A DNA stretch of 64,000 nucleotides. Source: an uncultured Candidatus Saccharibacteria bacterium (GTDB lineage Bacteria; Patescibacteriota; Dojkabacteria; J137). Below the pieces are notes generated by a model. That model had not been told where the DNA came from and searched no databases. It saw only the letters and a program-made list of their open reading frames with translations. Each line of letters starts with the position of its first letter. Position 1 is the stretch's first letter. Shown piece after piece: positions 17,437 to 26,666 of the stretch. The stretch covers positions 333,469 through 397,468 of the forward strand of contig CAZSKK010000001.1 of assembly GCA_964607415.1 (NCBI GenBank), given 5' to 3'. The position numbers and the translations under genes are program-made.

Positions 17437-18387
17437 ATGATCGAACGTAGTATAGGACAAAAATTAAAATCAGAAAGATTAAAACAAGAATTGACGCTTG
17501 ACCAAATTTCTGTAGAAACCAAAATAAGGAAAGAGGTTTTAAAATCTATTGAGACTGATAATTTTTCTAGTTTTGATTCACATGTTTATGCAAAAGGTTT
17601 TATAAAAAACTATGCGAAATATTTGAATCTGGATGAAGAACAACTTCTTGGAATTTATAGAAGAGATTTTGAATTTAAGACATCGGATAGAAAAACATTG
17701 ACAAAAGATGATGCGAAGACTAAACAAAATCCAGATGTTAATAATAGGCTTGAGATAACCTCAAAACAACTTTTTTTTATAATAGTTTTAATAATTATTT
17801 TAGCAGTAAGTTTTCTAGCAATTAGATTGCTGTTGCATGCCTTCAGAAAACCTTATTTAAAAATTACAGCTCCTGTAGAAATTAGTGCACAATTTGACGG
17901 AAAAATTGAATACCCAGAAAAATCTATAAAACTTTTTGGAGAAACCGAAAAGAGTATAAAGATTTATATCAATGAAGAGCCTGTAACATTAAAACCTGGG
18001 AATATTTTTGAATCACAACCAATTCCACTTTTATCTGAACGAAATATAATCGAAATTGAAGCAAGAAGTACTCTTGGAATCAGTTCAAGAATAAAAATTG
18101 AAATCCCAAAATCTGAAAATGCTTCTCAAGCTGAATTTAATGGTATCGATAGCATTATTACAATAAAAAATGACACTACTTTTTTACTCGTTAGAGCTGA
18201 TGGCGTCATAAAATTTAACGACCAAGCCTTTCCAAACGATGCATTTAACATTAAAGCAGAAAGGAATATTGAAATTGAAACTTCAACTCCAGAAAATGTT
18301 GTAGTTATAATTGATAACCAGGAATATAACCTTTCGAAGCAGAATGAGTTGTTTGAATATAATCACGGAATTGTAACTCAGAAATAA
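17437..18387 (+). CDS. rodZ: RodZ-like cytoskeleton protein (N-terminal HTH, single TM, C-terminal domain)
   Basis: IGQKLKSERLKQELTLDQISVETKIRKEVLKSIETDNFSSF...YAKGFIKNYAKYLNLD matches the RodZ HTH region, followed by a TM (FFIIVLIIILAVSFLAI). Confidence 0.55.
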   Translation: MIERSIGQKLKSERLKQELTLDQISVETKIRKEVLKSIETDNFSSFDSHVYAKGFIKNYAKYLNLDEEQLLGIYRRDFEFKTSDRKTLTKDDAKTKQNPDVNNRLEITSKQLFFIIVLIIILAVSFLAIRLLLHAFRKPYLKITAPVEISAQFDGKIEYPEKSIKLFGETEKSIKIYINEEPVTLKPGNIFESQPIPLLSERNIIEIEARSTLGISSRIKIEIPKSENASQAEFNGIDSIITIKNDTTFLLVRADGVIKFNDQAFPNDAFNIKAERNIEIETSTPENVVVIIDNQEYNLSKQNELFEYNHGIVTQK

Positions 18388-18813
18388 CTAGTTCATAAAA
18401 TAGTTATTAGGATTTGAAGGATTTGAAAACTTTGATTCAGTTTTAATAAGCCTTTCAAAAAAATTATCTAAACCATTCTTAACCAGATCAACTTGTGACT
18501 TAAAGTTTTCGTCAAAAATATTTAATTTATATAAGTCATATAAATCCAAGAAAAAATAATAGGAAATGTTGAAAATATGTCTTGCATTAGCAAAAGGAAA
18601 TGCATAATCTTCAACTAATTCATTCAACTTGCAAGTAAAAATGTCAACATTAATCAAAAACTCAAACACCCTATCGGAATCAACATCTTGTAAGAGTGGT
18701 TTCAAATCATTAATAACGTTTGTTAGATCTTTAACTTTATTTCTAAGATCGTCTTTTTCTGGAGAACTACATTGTAAATCAAAATCGTCTTTATACATAA
18801 AAAGCGGTGGCAA
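18388..18813 (-). CDS. Hypothetical protein
   Basis: 141-aa ORF directly abutting the rodZ stop; no motif. Confidence 0.35.
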   Translation of the reverse strand: MPPLFMYKDDFDLQCSSPEKDDLRNKVKDLTNVINDLKPLLQDVDSDRVFEFLINVDIFTCKLNELVEDYAFPFANARHIFNISYYFFLDLYDLYKLNIFDENFKSQVDLVKNGLDNFFERLIKTESKFSNPSNPNNYFMN

Positions 18814-19018
18814 AATTTCCTAGCAATAGTAACATAACTTTTCCAAAATATTAAGACTATACGATTTATCAAGAAAAATAGTTGAACTGAAAAATGACAT
18901 TTTCATAATTTGTAATAAATAACATAAACTCTTTATGCTAAAATTTTTTACTACGAAAATTTTAAGTTTTTGATTTAAAATTTATCTAAATCTCAATCTT
19001 ACTCTTAATCTTGATCTA

Positions 19019-22000
19019 ATGAGCTTTACTCACTTACATGTTCACACAGAATATTCATTACTCGATGGGGTTTCTAAAACACCAAAGCTTTTTGAAAAAG
19101 TTAAAGAACTTGGCATGGACTCAGTAGCAATGACTGATCATGGTGTGCTTTATGGCGCAGCAGAGTTTTGGAAACTATCAAAAGACTTTGGTATTAATCC
19201 AATAATTGGTTGCGAAATATACGTAGCACCTTTAGAAAGAACACTTAGGCAACCTGTTAACGGGATAAAATACTACCATTTATTACTACTAGCTAAATCT
19301 TTAGAGGGTTATCAAAACCTTGTAAAGATAGTATCCATAGGTCAACTAGAAGGAATGTACTATAAACCCAGAGTAGACAAAGAAACTTTAGCAAAGTATT
19401 CCAAGGGTATAATTTGCACTTCTGCATGTATGGCTGGGCCTCTTTCACGCCATATTTTGCGAGGCGAATTTGATCAGGCTGAGGACTGGCTAAGATTTCT
19501 TAAAGGTACCTATGGAGAGGACTTTTATTTAGAACTACAAAGACATGGATATGACGGTAAAGATGATCTAAACATTAATGAATATCTTGTTAAAAATACT
19601 TCCCAAGAAGATGACTCTTCCGAAGAGTCAATTGACGATTCATCACAGCAAAAATTTGCAAATTTAAAGCTAAGGGAATTTGCAGAGAAATATAAGCTGC
19701 CTGTTGTTGCTACTACTGATGCTCACTATTTAAATAAAGAGGATAAAGAAGTGCAGACTGTTCTTTTTGCCATTAAAGATGGGAAGTTAATTAGCGATGA
19801 CACTTGCAGGAAAGGATATGAAGGAACATATATAATGTCGCCTGAAGAAATGAAACTTAAGTTCTCCGATATACCAGAAGCGGTTGATAATACAATGGTT
19901 ATAGCAGATAAAATTGAACATTTTGGACTTAAGTTTGAAAGAGTTCAACCACGTTTTTGGAATATTCCAAAAGGTTCAACAGCTAAATCTGAATTGAAAA
20001 AGCAAGCCTATATCGGAGCTGTGAAAAAATATACCGAGTATTTGAACTTAAAAGACAAAGGGGATGATGTTTCTGTTTTTGAAAATGCAATAGATAAATT
20101 TTCTCAAAATATGTTCGATGATGCTTCAAAAATATTGACACAAGAGCTAATTGATAGATTGGAATATGAACTAATGGTAATCGATAAAAAAGGTTATAAC
20201 GACTACTTTTTGGTCGTAGGCGACCTGATGCAGTTTGGTAGAAGGAATGGAATTCTAGTTGGAGCAAGAGGATCTGCTGCAGGTTCAGTGATAGCGTATG
20301 TTTTAGATATTACTAATGCTGAACCAATAAAATGGGAATTATACTTCGAAAGATTTTTAAATTTGGAAAGACCATCCCCTCCTGATATAGACATGGATAT
20401 TCAAGATGATAGACGAGATGAAATAATCCAGTATGCCAGAGATAAATACGGTGAAGAATGTGTTGCAGCTATTTGCACTTTCGGAAAATTAAAAACAAAG
20501 GCAGCCATTCGAGATGTTTCAAGAGTATTGGGAATAGATTTAAAAACCGCAGATAAGCTTTCCAAAATGGTAACAGTTTTATTTGGAAAGCCTTTCCCTA
20601 TTTCTAAAATGATGGAAGTTGATAAAGAGTTTGCAGAGATAATAAATAGTGATGAAAATCTTCAAAAAATGTCTAGCATTGTTAAAAAAATTGAAGATTT
20701 GGCAAGACATGTTTCTACCCATGCTGCGGGCTATCTGATTACTCCTGAACCCATAACTAATTATATGGCTTTACAACGTGACGCAAAGGATCCAGAAAAA
20801 ATAATGACCCAAATGGATGGAAATTTTGTGGACAAACTAGACTTCATGAAATTTGATTTTCTTGGGCTGCGAACTTTAACAATCATAAGAAATGCACTAG
20901 AGTACATTGAACAAAGGCATAATAAGAAAATCGATATAACTAGAGTGCCAGAAAATGACCCTGATACTTTTGCACTTTTTTCTAAAGGAGATACGGTAGG
21001 TGTATTTCAATTTGAGTCTCCTCCAATGCAACAATTTTTAAAGGATCTCCAGCCAGAAACCCTTGAAGACATTTGTTTCCTTGCGGCAGCATATCGCCCG
21101 GGCCCTATGAAATATATTCCAGATTACATTTTGTGTAAACATGGCAAAAAAGAACCAGAATATCTAATTCCTGAATTAGAACCTTTACTGAATAAAACCT
21201 ACGGTTTTCCTATTTACCAAGAACAGCTTTTAAAAATTTGCATGGAACTTGCAAACTTTACTCTTGCCGATGGAGATGTTATTCGAAATGCTTTAAAGAA
21301 AAAGCAGTTAGATATACTGAAAGCGAAAGAGCCTGATTTCAAAAAGAATTTTATGGATAAATTTGGTTATTCTCAAGATATTGCAGATAAACTGTGGAAG
21401 CAACTGGAACCATTTTCTGATTACGGATTTAATAAGGCTCACTCTGCAAGCTATGCTGTTGTTGCTTATTGGTGCGCATATTTAAAGGCTCATTACCCTA
21501 TTGAATTTATTACAGCTTTAATTCACTCCGACCTTGAAAATTTAGAAAGAGTTACTGTTGATATTAAAGAAGCAAAAAGAATGGGATTCAAAGTTTCTCC
21601 TCCAGATATAAATTATTCTGAAGTTTACTTTAGGCCTGAAAATGAAGATACTATTCGATTTGGCTTAGGTGCAATTAAAAATGTTGGGTTTAAAGTTTGT
21701 GATGAAATTGTTTCTGAAAGAAATAAGAATGGCTTATTTAAAAGTCTTGCCGATTTTACACAAAGAATGGGAACAAAAAATGCAAATAAACGAGTTCTAG
21801 AAGCTTTAATAAAATCGGGAGCCATGGATGAGTTTGGCGATAGAAATGCGCTTTTACAAGTTATTCCAGAAGCAATAGAAATTGCTGCTGGAAAAGAAAA
21901 AAGTAAATCCTTAGGTCAAACTGATCTTTTTGGGTCAAGTGATAGCTCTGGCGATTCAATTTCAATAAGTATTTTAAATCTTCCTAAAGTTGAACCCGTT

Positions 22001-22606
22001 AGTGAATCTCAATTAATTGAATGGGAAAAGGAATTTATGGGTATTTTTATTTCAACTCATCCACTTGAAAACTATAAATGGATAACGCTTTTGAATGGAT
22101 TTAAAACTATATCTGAGATAGAGGCATTACATTCGGGTGATAATGTAAAATTTATGGGCATCATAAGTGGAATTAAAATTACGGCAACTAAAGCAGCAGG
22201 AGAAAAAATGGCAATTCTAACAATTGAGGACATGTCGGGAAAACATGAAGCAGTTTTGTTTCCTAAAAAATATTCAGAAATACTTTCAAAAAATTTATTA
22301 GTGGAAACGAAGCCAATTATTTTTGCAGGTGTAATTAATGAACGAAATGATAGAAGATCAATCGTAATAAATGAAATGGCGTTTGCAGAAATTGTGGATA
22401 AGCCAAAAACTTTAATACTAGATATTAGGGGTGTTGAAGACCAAAAAAAGCTTTCTAATATTAAACAATGTTTTTCTGACGAAGGTGACGTACAAGTGAA
22501 CATAATCTACGGAACGCAATCTGAGCCCAAAAGCATTACTAGAAAAAGCCATTTGACCGATGAACATTTTGAAATTTTGAGGGAGTTTATAAAGCGTACT
22601 TGGTAG
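19019..22606 (+). CDS. dnaE: DNA polymerase III alpha subunit
   Basis: 1195 aa. PHP domain HLHVHTEYSLLDG, polymerase core, and OB fold near the C-terminus. There is an acidic low-complexity insert, TSQEDDSSEESIDDSS. Confidence 0.9.
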   Translation: MSFTHLHVHTEYSLLDGVSKTPKLFEKVKELGMDSVAMTDHGVLYGAAEFWKLSKDFGINPIIGCEIYVAPLERTLRQPVNGIKYYHLLLLAKSLEGYQNLVKIVSIGQLEGMYYKPRVDKETLAKYSKGIICTSACMAGPLSRHILRGEFDQAEDWLRFLKGTYGEDFYLELQRHGYDGKDDLNINEYLVKNTSQEDDSSEESIDDSSQQKFANLKLREFAEKYKLPVVATTDAHYLNKEDKEVQTVLFAIKDGKLISDDTCRKGYEGTYIMSPEEMKLKFSDIPEAVDNTMVIADKIEHFGLKFERVQPRFWNIPKGSTAKSELKKQAYIGAVKKYTEYLNLKDKGDDVSVFENAIDKFSQNMFDDASKILTQELIDRLEYELMVIDKKGYNDYFLVVGDLMQFGRRNGILVGARGSAAGSVIAYVLDITNAEPIKWELYFERFLNLERPSPPDIDMDIQDDRRDEIIQYARDKYGEECVAAICTFGKLKTKAAIRDVSRVLGIDLKTADKLSKMVTVLFGKPFPISKMMEVDKEFAEIINSDENLQKMSSIVKKIEDLARHVSTHAAGYLITPEPITNYMALQRDAKDPEKIMTQMDGNFVDKLDFMKFDFLGLRTLTIIRNALEYIEQRHNKKIDITRVPENDPDTFALFSKGDTVGVFQFESPPMQQFLKDLQPETLEDICFLAAAYRPGPMKYIPDYILCKHGKKEPEYLIPELEPLLNKTYGFPIYQEQLLKICMELANFTLADGDVIRNALKKKQLDILKAKEPDFKKNFMDKFGYSQDIADKLWKQLEPFSDYGFNKAHSASYAVVAYWCAYLKAHYPIEFITALIHSDLENLERVTVDIKEAKRMGFKVSPPDINYSEVYFRPENEDTIRFGLGAIKNVGFKVCDEIVSERNKNGLFKSLADFTQRMGTKNANKRVLEALIKSGAMDEFGDRNALLQVIPEAIEIAAGKEKSKSLGQTDLFGSSDSSGDSISISILNLPKVEPVSESQLIEWEKEFMGIFISTHPLENYKWITLLNGFKTISEIEALHSGDNVKFMGIISGIKITATKAAGEKMAILTIEDMSGKHEAVLFPKKYSEILSKNLLVETKPIIFAGVINERNDRRSIVINEMAFAEIVDKPKTLILDIRGVEDQKKLSNIKQCFSDEGDVQVNIIYGTQSEPKSITRKSHLTDEHFEILREFIKRTW

Positions 22607-22691
22607 AGCCTCACCCGGCTTCACTTTGTTCAGCCACCCTCTCCAGTTTGGAGAGGGTAGTTTGAGCTTGCTCAAACTGGTGAGGCTACGG
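22607..22691. terminator. GC-rich palindromic element between convergent dnaE and relA-like genes; candidate bidirectional terminator
   Basis: gcctcacccggcttcactttgttcagccaccctctccagtttggagagggtagtttgagcttgctcaaactggtgaggc. It has nested inverted repeats (ccctctcca/tggagaggg, gtttgagc/gctcaaac, cctcacc/ggtgagg). Confidence 0.5.
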
Positions 22692-24167
22692 CTACTCTTC
22701 TCCCATCGCCCTTAAAGTCCTCCTAATCCTTGACTTTGTTTCTGCCATTTTACACTTTGCAAGCCAACCTCGATTTGTGTTTTTATGCTTTGTTGTAATT
22801 ACTTCGCACACATCTCCTGTTTGTAAAACATGATCCAATGTTACAATTTTTTTATTAATATACGCGCCATTACATCTGTCTCCAATTTGCGTATGAACTG
22901 CATAAGCAAAATCTAATGGAGTAGATCCCTTTTCCAAAATTACAACTTTTCCCTTGGGTGTAAAAACAAATACGCTTTCAGAAAATGCTTTAATTTTATA
23001 GGATTTAGTTGCTTCATCGGAGTTATTCTTCCAATCAACAAGTTCTTTGGTCCAAGTAAATGATTCTTTTTTAGAATTCATTTGGAGTTTGTATGCAATA
23101 TGGCTTGCGGGTCCAAATTCATTATATTCATGCATTTCAGCAGTTCTAATTTGAATTTCTGCAACAAAGCCATCAATATCTACTACTGTGTGAATAGATT
23201 TATATCCACTTGCTTTTGGCTTAATTATGTAATCGTCAAATTCTTCAGGGAAGTAGTCCCATTTTCCATGAATCAAACCTAAAACCAAGTAACACTCAGC
23301 CTCTGTATTTAAAATTACTCGAATTCCTAAAAGGTCTTTCAGTTTCTTAATGTGTGTTTCATTTAGAGTCTCGCCTTCATTCATATATTTCTTTTTTATT
23401 TTATTGTAGGTGCTACTATAATTTTTTGTTCTATAAGAAATGCTTACAGGCTTAACATTGTACTTTGATAATAGGTTCAAAATCTCATCCTCAACTTTTT
23501 TAAATATTGATTGGCTTTCCAAGTAAATTTTATCGGTATAAGATTTTATAAAATTATACTCTGTAGGATTTAAGATCTTTAATGCAGTGTTTTCAAATAT
23601 CGATTGAAAATGCCCCAATCCGAGATATTCACAAAGAGGCGCATACACAAGTTTTAATTTATATGCCTGATTCTTTTGAGTTTCGATTGGTAAAATATCA
23701 AGCGAAAAAGAATTATATAGTTTATTTGCAAGTCTGATTATTAAAATTCGAATATCTTCACTTGATGCAATCATAAGTTTTCTAAAGTTATCTGGATCTT
23801 CATTATGAAGTTCAAAACTTTCTGAATGCTCCTTAATCTGACTTAAACCATCAACAATAAATGCAACTTCTGTTCCAAACTTCTTATCTATTTCTTCAAT
23901 TGTTGCATGTTTTAAATCAACAATTTTGTGAAGCAGGCTTGCAATTACAGAAGTTGTGTCTAAATTAAGCTTTACAATATAGCTTGCAACAGTTAGCAAA
24001 TGTGTATCCATTGATTTGCCTGAAAGTCTTTTATCGTTCTTATGAAGTTCTGACGCATAATCAAACGCTTCTTTAATTTTTGAAACGTCGTATTTTATTA
24101 TTGAAGAATTTATTAGTTCTTCAAGTTCAGCAAAAGTTGTAATTTCGTTAAAGGTTAAGGTTTTCAT
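22692..24167 (-). CDS. relA: RelA/SpoT-family (p)ppGpp synthetase with a degenerate HD hydrolase domain and a TGS domain
   Basis: HD-like N-terminal region, but the site reads LLHKIV rather than LLHDV. Synthetase motifs DLLGIRVI and YKSIHTVVD...EIQIRTAEMHEYNEFGPASHIAYK are present. TGS domain: VFVFTPKGKVVILEKGSTPLDFAY. Confidence 0.8.
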   Translation of the reverse strand: MKTLTFNEITTFAELEELINSSIIKYDVSKIKEAFDYASELHKNDKRLSGKSMDTHLLTVASYIVKLNLDTTSVIASLLHKIVDLKHATIEEIDKKFGTEVAFIVDGLSQIKEHSESFELHNEDPDNFRKLMIASSEDIRILIIRLANKLYNSFSLDILPIETQKNQAYKLKLVYAPLCEYLGLGHFQSIFENTALKILNPTEYNFIKSYTDKIYLESQSIFKKVEDEILNLLSKYNVKPVSISYRTKNYSSTYNKIKKKYMNEGETLNETHIKKLKDLLGIRVILNTEAECYLVLGLIHGKWDYFPEEFDDYIIKPKASGYKSIHTVVDIDGFVAEIQIRTAEMHEYNEFGPASHIAYKLQMNSKKESFTWTKELVDWKNNSDEATKSYKIKAFSESVFVFTPKGKVVILEKGSTPLDFAYAVHTQIGDRCNGAYINKKIVTLDHVLQTGDVCEVITTKHKNTNRGWLAKCKMAETKSRIRRTLRAMGEE

Positions 24168-24218
24168 TAAAAGTTAGACAAATTTTTAATTTCAGATATA
24201 ATAACTTGAAAATATACT

Positions 24219-25928
24219 ATGATGCAAGCAGAAGAAACACCACCAAAGCTACCTCCTCTTCCAGATAATTACGAACTTACTATAACTGACCCTGAAAAAA
24301 CAGGTATTAGACTTTTTCGACTTGCAGATAAGCAAACCGGTATTGTAACAACCTTTATAGAGTTTAATAAAGATTTTGATATTCATGCAGCAATTGCATG
24401 GGCTGGAGCCCGAACTTCAAGAACTAATGATAGTTATGAAAGTATTTACGCTGAAATTTATGAAGCTTCTAAAGCAGGAAGATACCAAGCTGGTGAAAAA
24501 CTAATGAAAGTTTTCTTGAATTATGGACACGCCTCTGTTGCAGATATGTCACCTATTATGATTGGAATTGAAAATATTCCAATGCTTGAAGCTTTCTTTA
24601 TTTTTGATCATACAAGTGTAAACGCAGGACAAGAGCTTTCCACAAGATATGTAGAAATCTCAGATTTAGGTGTACCTGAAATTCAAGATTTGCTTGATTT
24701 GGAAAGCTTAGAAGGTGAACAAAAAGAGAAAATCCAAAAATTATGGGGAAAAATCCAAGATAATTGCTCAAGGCAATACACCAAGTGGACTTCACTTATT
24801 AAACCACGTATTGAGAAATTTATTGAAGAAGGGGGCAAAAAACCTTCAAAGGATACTGTAAATGCTAGAACTCTTGACATTGCAAGAATGTGGATTCCTG
24901 TAGGAGCAAGTACTTCTATGATCTCACTTTCTTCAACAAGAGATTGGGTAAACATGATAAAACAACTACGCGAAAATGAAAGCCCCATTTCAGATAGTAT
25001 TGCTGACCAAATCCTGGTTACTTTAAACTTAAAAAATTATAGCGAAGGCGAATCATTACAAGCCGATATAGGCAGATTAACAAAATACCACGAAGGGACC
25101 TTTACCGTTAATCAAAATTTAAAGAATCTGCAGGAACTAATTTTAACAATTTCTGAATTTTCAGATTTAGTTGATCAACCTATTTCACACGAACCTAAAT
25201 CGTCACCCAATAAAGCAAAAATATTGAACCTTGGCACAAATTATAGCCCAGGAACTTTACTTGCAGCAGAATATATTTCAGTGCTATTTCCTAATATTGA
25301 TGAGGAAGCAATATTAGAAAAACTGGTAGCTCTTGATAATAACTTAAAAGGTGAGATAGGTAGAATTATACTAGATGGACATAACCACCATGACTTACTA
25401 AAAAATGCTGCAGATGTAAGGGGCACTCTAGTTGTTGTAGAGACTGCTCTTGCATACTTAAGAGATTTAAATAGGCATAGAGCTCTAGGTAGATTAATGC
25501 ACTTACTTGAAACAAAAAATACTGACGCAATTGTCTACCAAGGATTCAACCAAAACTTTGCACTTAATAACTCAGATTATTTAAAAGATCTCTCTCCTAT
25601 GTGGGAAGAGGACATGGCCCAACATTACGAAATGATTTTTGAATTTTATGAGGTTCTCAAAGAAAGTCTTGGGGATAATTTAGATAGTAAAATTCTCAAC
25701 TATATTCTCCCATTAGGTCACCAGGTAAAAGCTCACTTTAGCGGGCCACTTTTGCAATTTGACTACATGTTAAGTTTAAGAATTTCGCTAGGGGGTGATT
25801 TTGGTTATAGGGATACTGCTCATCAAATTTTAGAGTTGTTTAGGCAAGATCCTTTTTTAATAAGTATGTTAGAAAAAATTGAGAAACCTGATCCTAATGA
25901 CTTGACTCAAGTTGTAGGAAGAAGCTAA
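24219..25928 (+). CDS. ThyX-like (flavin-dependent thymidylate synthase fold) protein with a large central insertion; function uncertain
   Basis: The N-terminal part (YGHASVADMSPIMIGIENIPMLEAFFIFDHTSVNAGQELSTRY) and C-terminal part (ILPLGHQVKAHFSGPLLQFDYMLSLRIS) align by eye with ThyX blocks (GHETPFEH...[40 protein letters not shown]). The RHR residues are replaced by DHT. Confidence 0.4.
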   Translation: MMQAEETPPKLPPLPDNYELTITDPEKTGIRLFRLADKQTGIVTTFIEFNKDFDIHAAIAWAGARTSRTNDSYESIYAEIYEASKAGRYQAGEKLMKVFLNYGHASVADMSPIMIGIENIPMLEAFFIFDHTSVNAGQELSTRYVEISDLGVPEIQDLLDLESLEGEQKEKIQKLWGKIQDNCSRQYTKWTSLIKPRIEKFIEEGGKKPSKDTVNARTLDIARMWIPVGASTSMISLSSTRDWVNMIKQLRENESPISDSIADQILVTLNLKNYSEGESLQADIGRLTKYHEGTFTVNQNLKNLQELILTISEFSDLVDQPISHEPKSSPNKAKILNLGTNYSPGTLLAAEYISVLFPNIDEEAILEKLVALDNNLKGEIGRIILDGHNHHDLLKNAADVRGTLVVVETALAYLRDLNRHRALGRLMHLLETKNTDAIVYQGFNQNFALNNSDYLKDLSPMWEEDMAQHYEMIFEFYEVLKESLGDNLDSKILNYILPLGHQVKAHFSGPLLQFDYMLSLRISLGGDFGYRDTAHQILELFRQDPFLISMLEKIEKPDPNDLTQVVGRS

Positions 25929-25996
25929 CAAAGGTTCTTTAATTACCTCCAGTATTTTAGTAAATTATAATTAACCCTAAATTTTACTCTCACGTT

Positions 25997-26548
25997 ATGA
26001 TTTTATCTGACAAAACTCTAAAAAAATTAATTGATAATAAAGAAATTGTAATAACACCACTTTCAGAAAATGCAATACAACCAGCGTCTGTAGATTGCAG
26101 GCTTGGAGAAAAATTTCTAGTTTTAGAAGATTCAATGGAATCTATCCGCATGGATGAGCCTATAAAATATCGAGAAATTATTACTAACGAAATCACAATA
26201 CCTCCAAAATCTTTTATACTCGGAACCACTATGGAATATTTGGAGCTTCCATCAAATCTTACTGTATTTATTGAAGGAAGAAGCTCCATTGGTAGAATGG
26301 GATTGTTTATTGAGAATGCCGGTTGGATAGATCCTGGCTTTAAAGGCAATTTAACTTTGGAATTATACAACGCGAATTCTTTACCAATTAAACTTATAGC
26401 TGGAAGACGTATTTGCCAGTTTGTATTTTGCATGATGGACCAAGAAGCTGAAATTCCTTATGGTGATTCTCGTCTTAAAAGCAAATATCAAGGCCAAGCC
26501 TCGACTGTTGGAAGTCTTATTTCTCAAGACATTGAAACTAAAAAATAG
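25997..26548 (+). CDS. dcd: dCTP deaminase
   Basis: 183 aa with PASVDCRLG, GRSSIGRMG and AGWIDPGFKG motifs (Dcd/dUTPase fold). Confidence 0.8.
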   Translation: MILSDKTLKKLIDNKEIVITPLSENAIQPASVDCRLGEKFLVLEDSMESIRMDEPIKYREIITNEITIPPKSFILGTTMEYLELPSNLTVFIEGRSSIGRMGLFIENAGWIDPGFKGNLTLELYNANSLPIKLIAGRRICQFVFCMMDQEAEIPYGDSRLKSKYQGQASTVGSLISQDIETKK

Positions 26549-26567
26549 TATATTAAAGTAGCAAAAG

Positions 26568-26610
26568 AGCTATAGAGGCGGAGAGGCGAAGAGCTGCCGA
26601 ATGCAGCCTA
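26568..26610. repeat. GC-rich repeat fragment with a hairpin downstream of dcd
   Basis: gagctatagaggcggagaggcgaagagctgccgaatgcagcc. The hairpin is gctgc-cgaat-gcagc; the ggcgaag/gagagg modules are shared with 51588..51665. Confidence 0.4.
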
Positions 26611-26666
26611 ATACATTTTGCTTTTCAAGGTGTGTTTTTTAATCTTAAAATCGTTAGCCTTAATTA

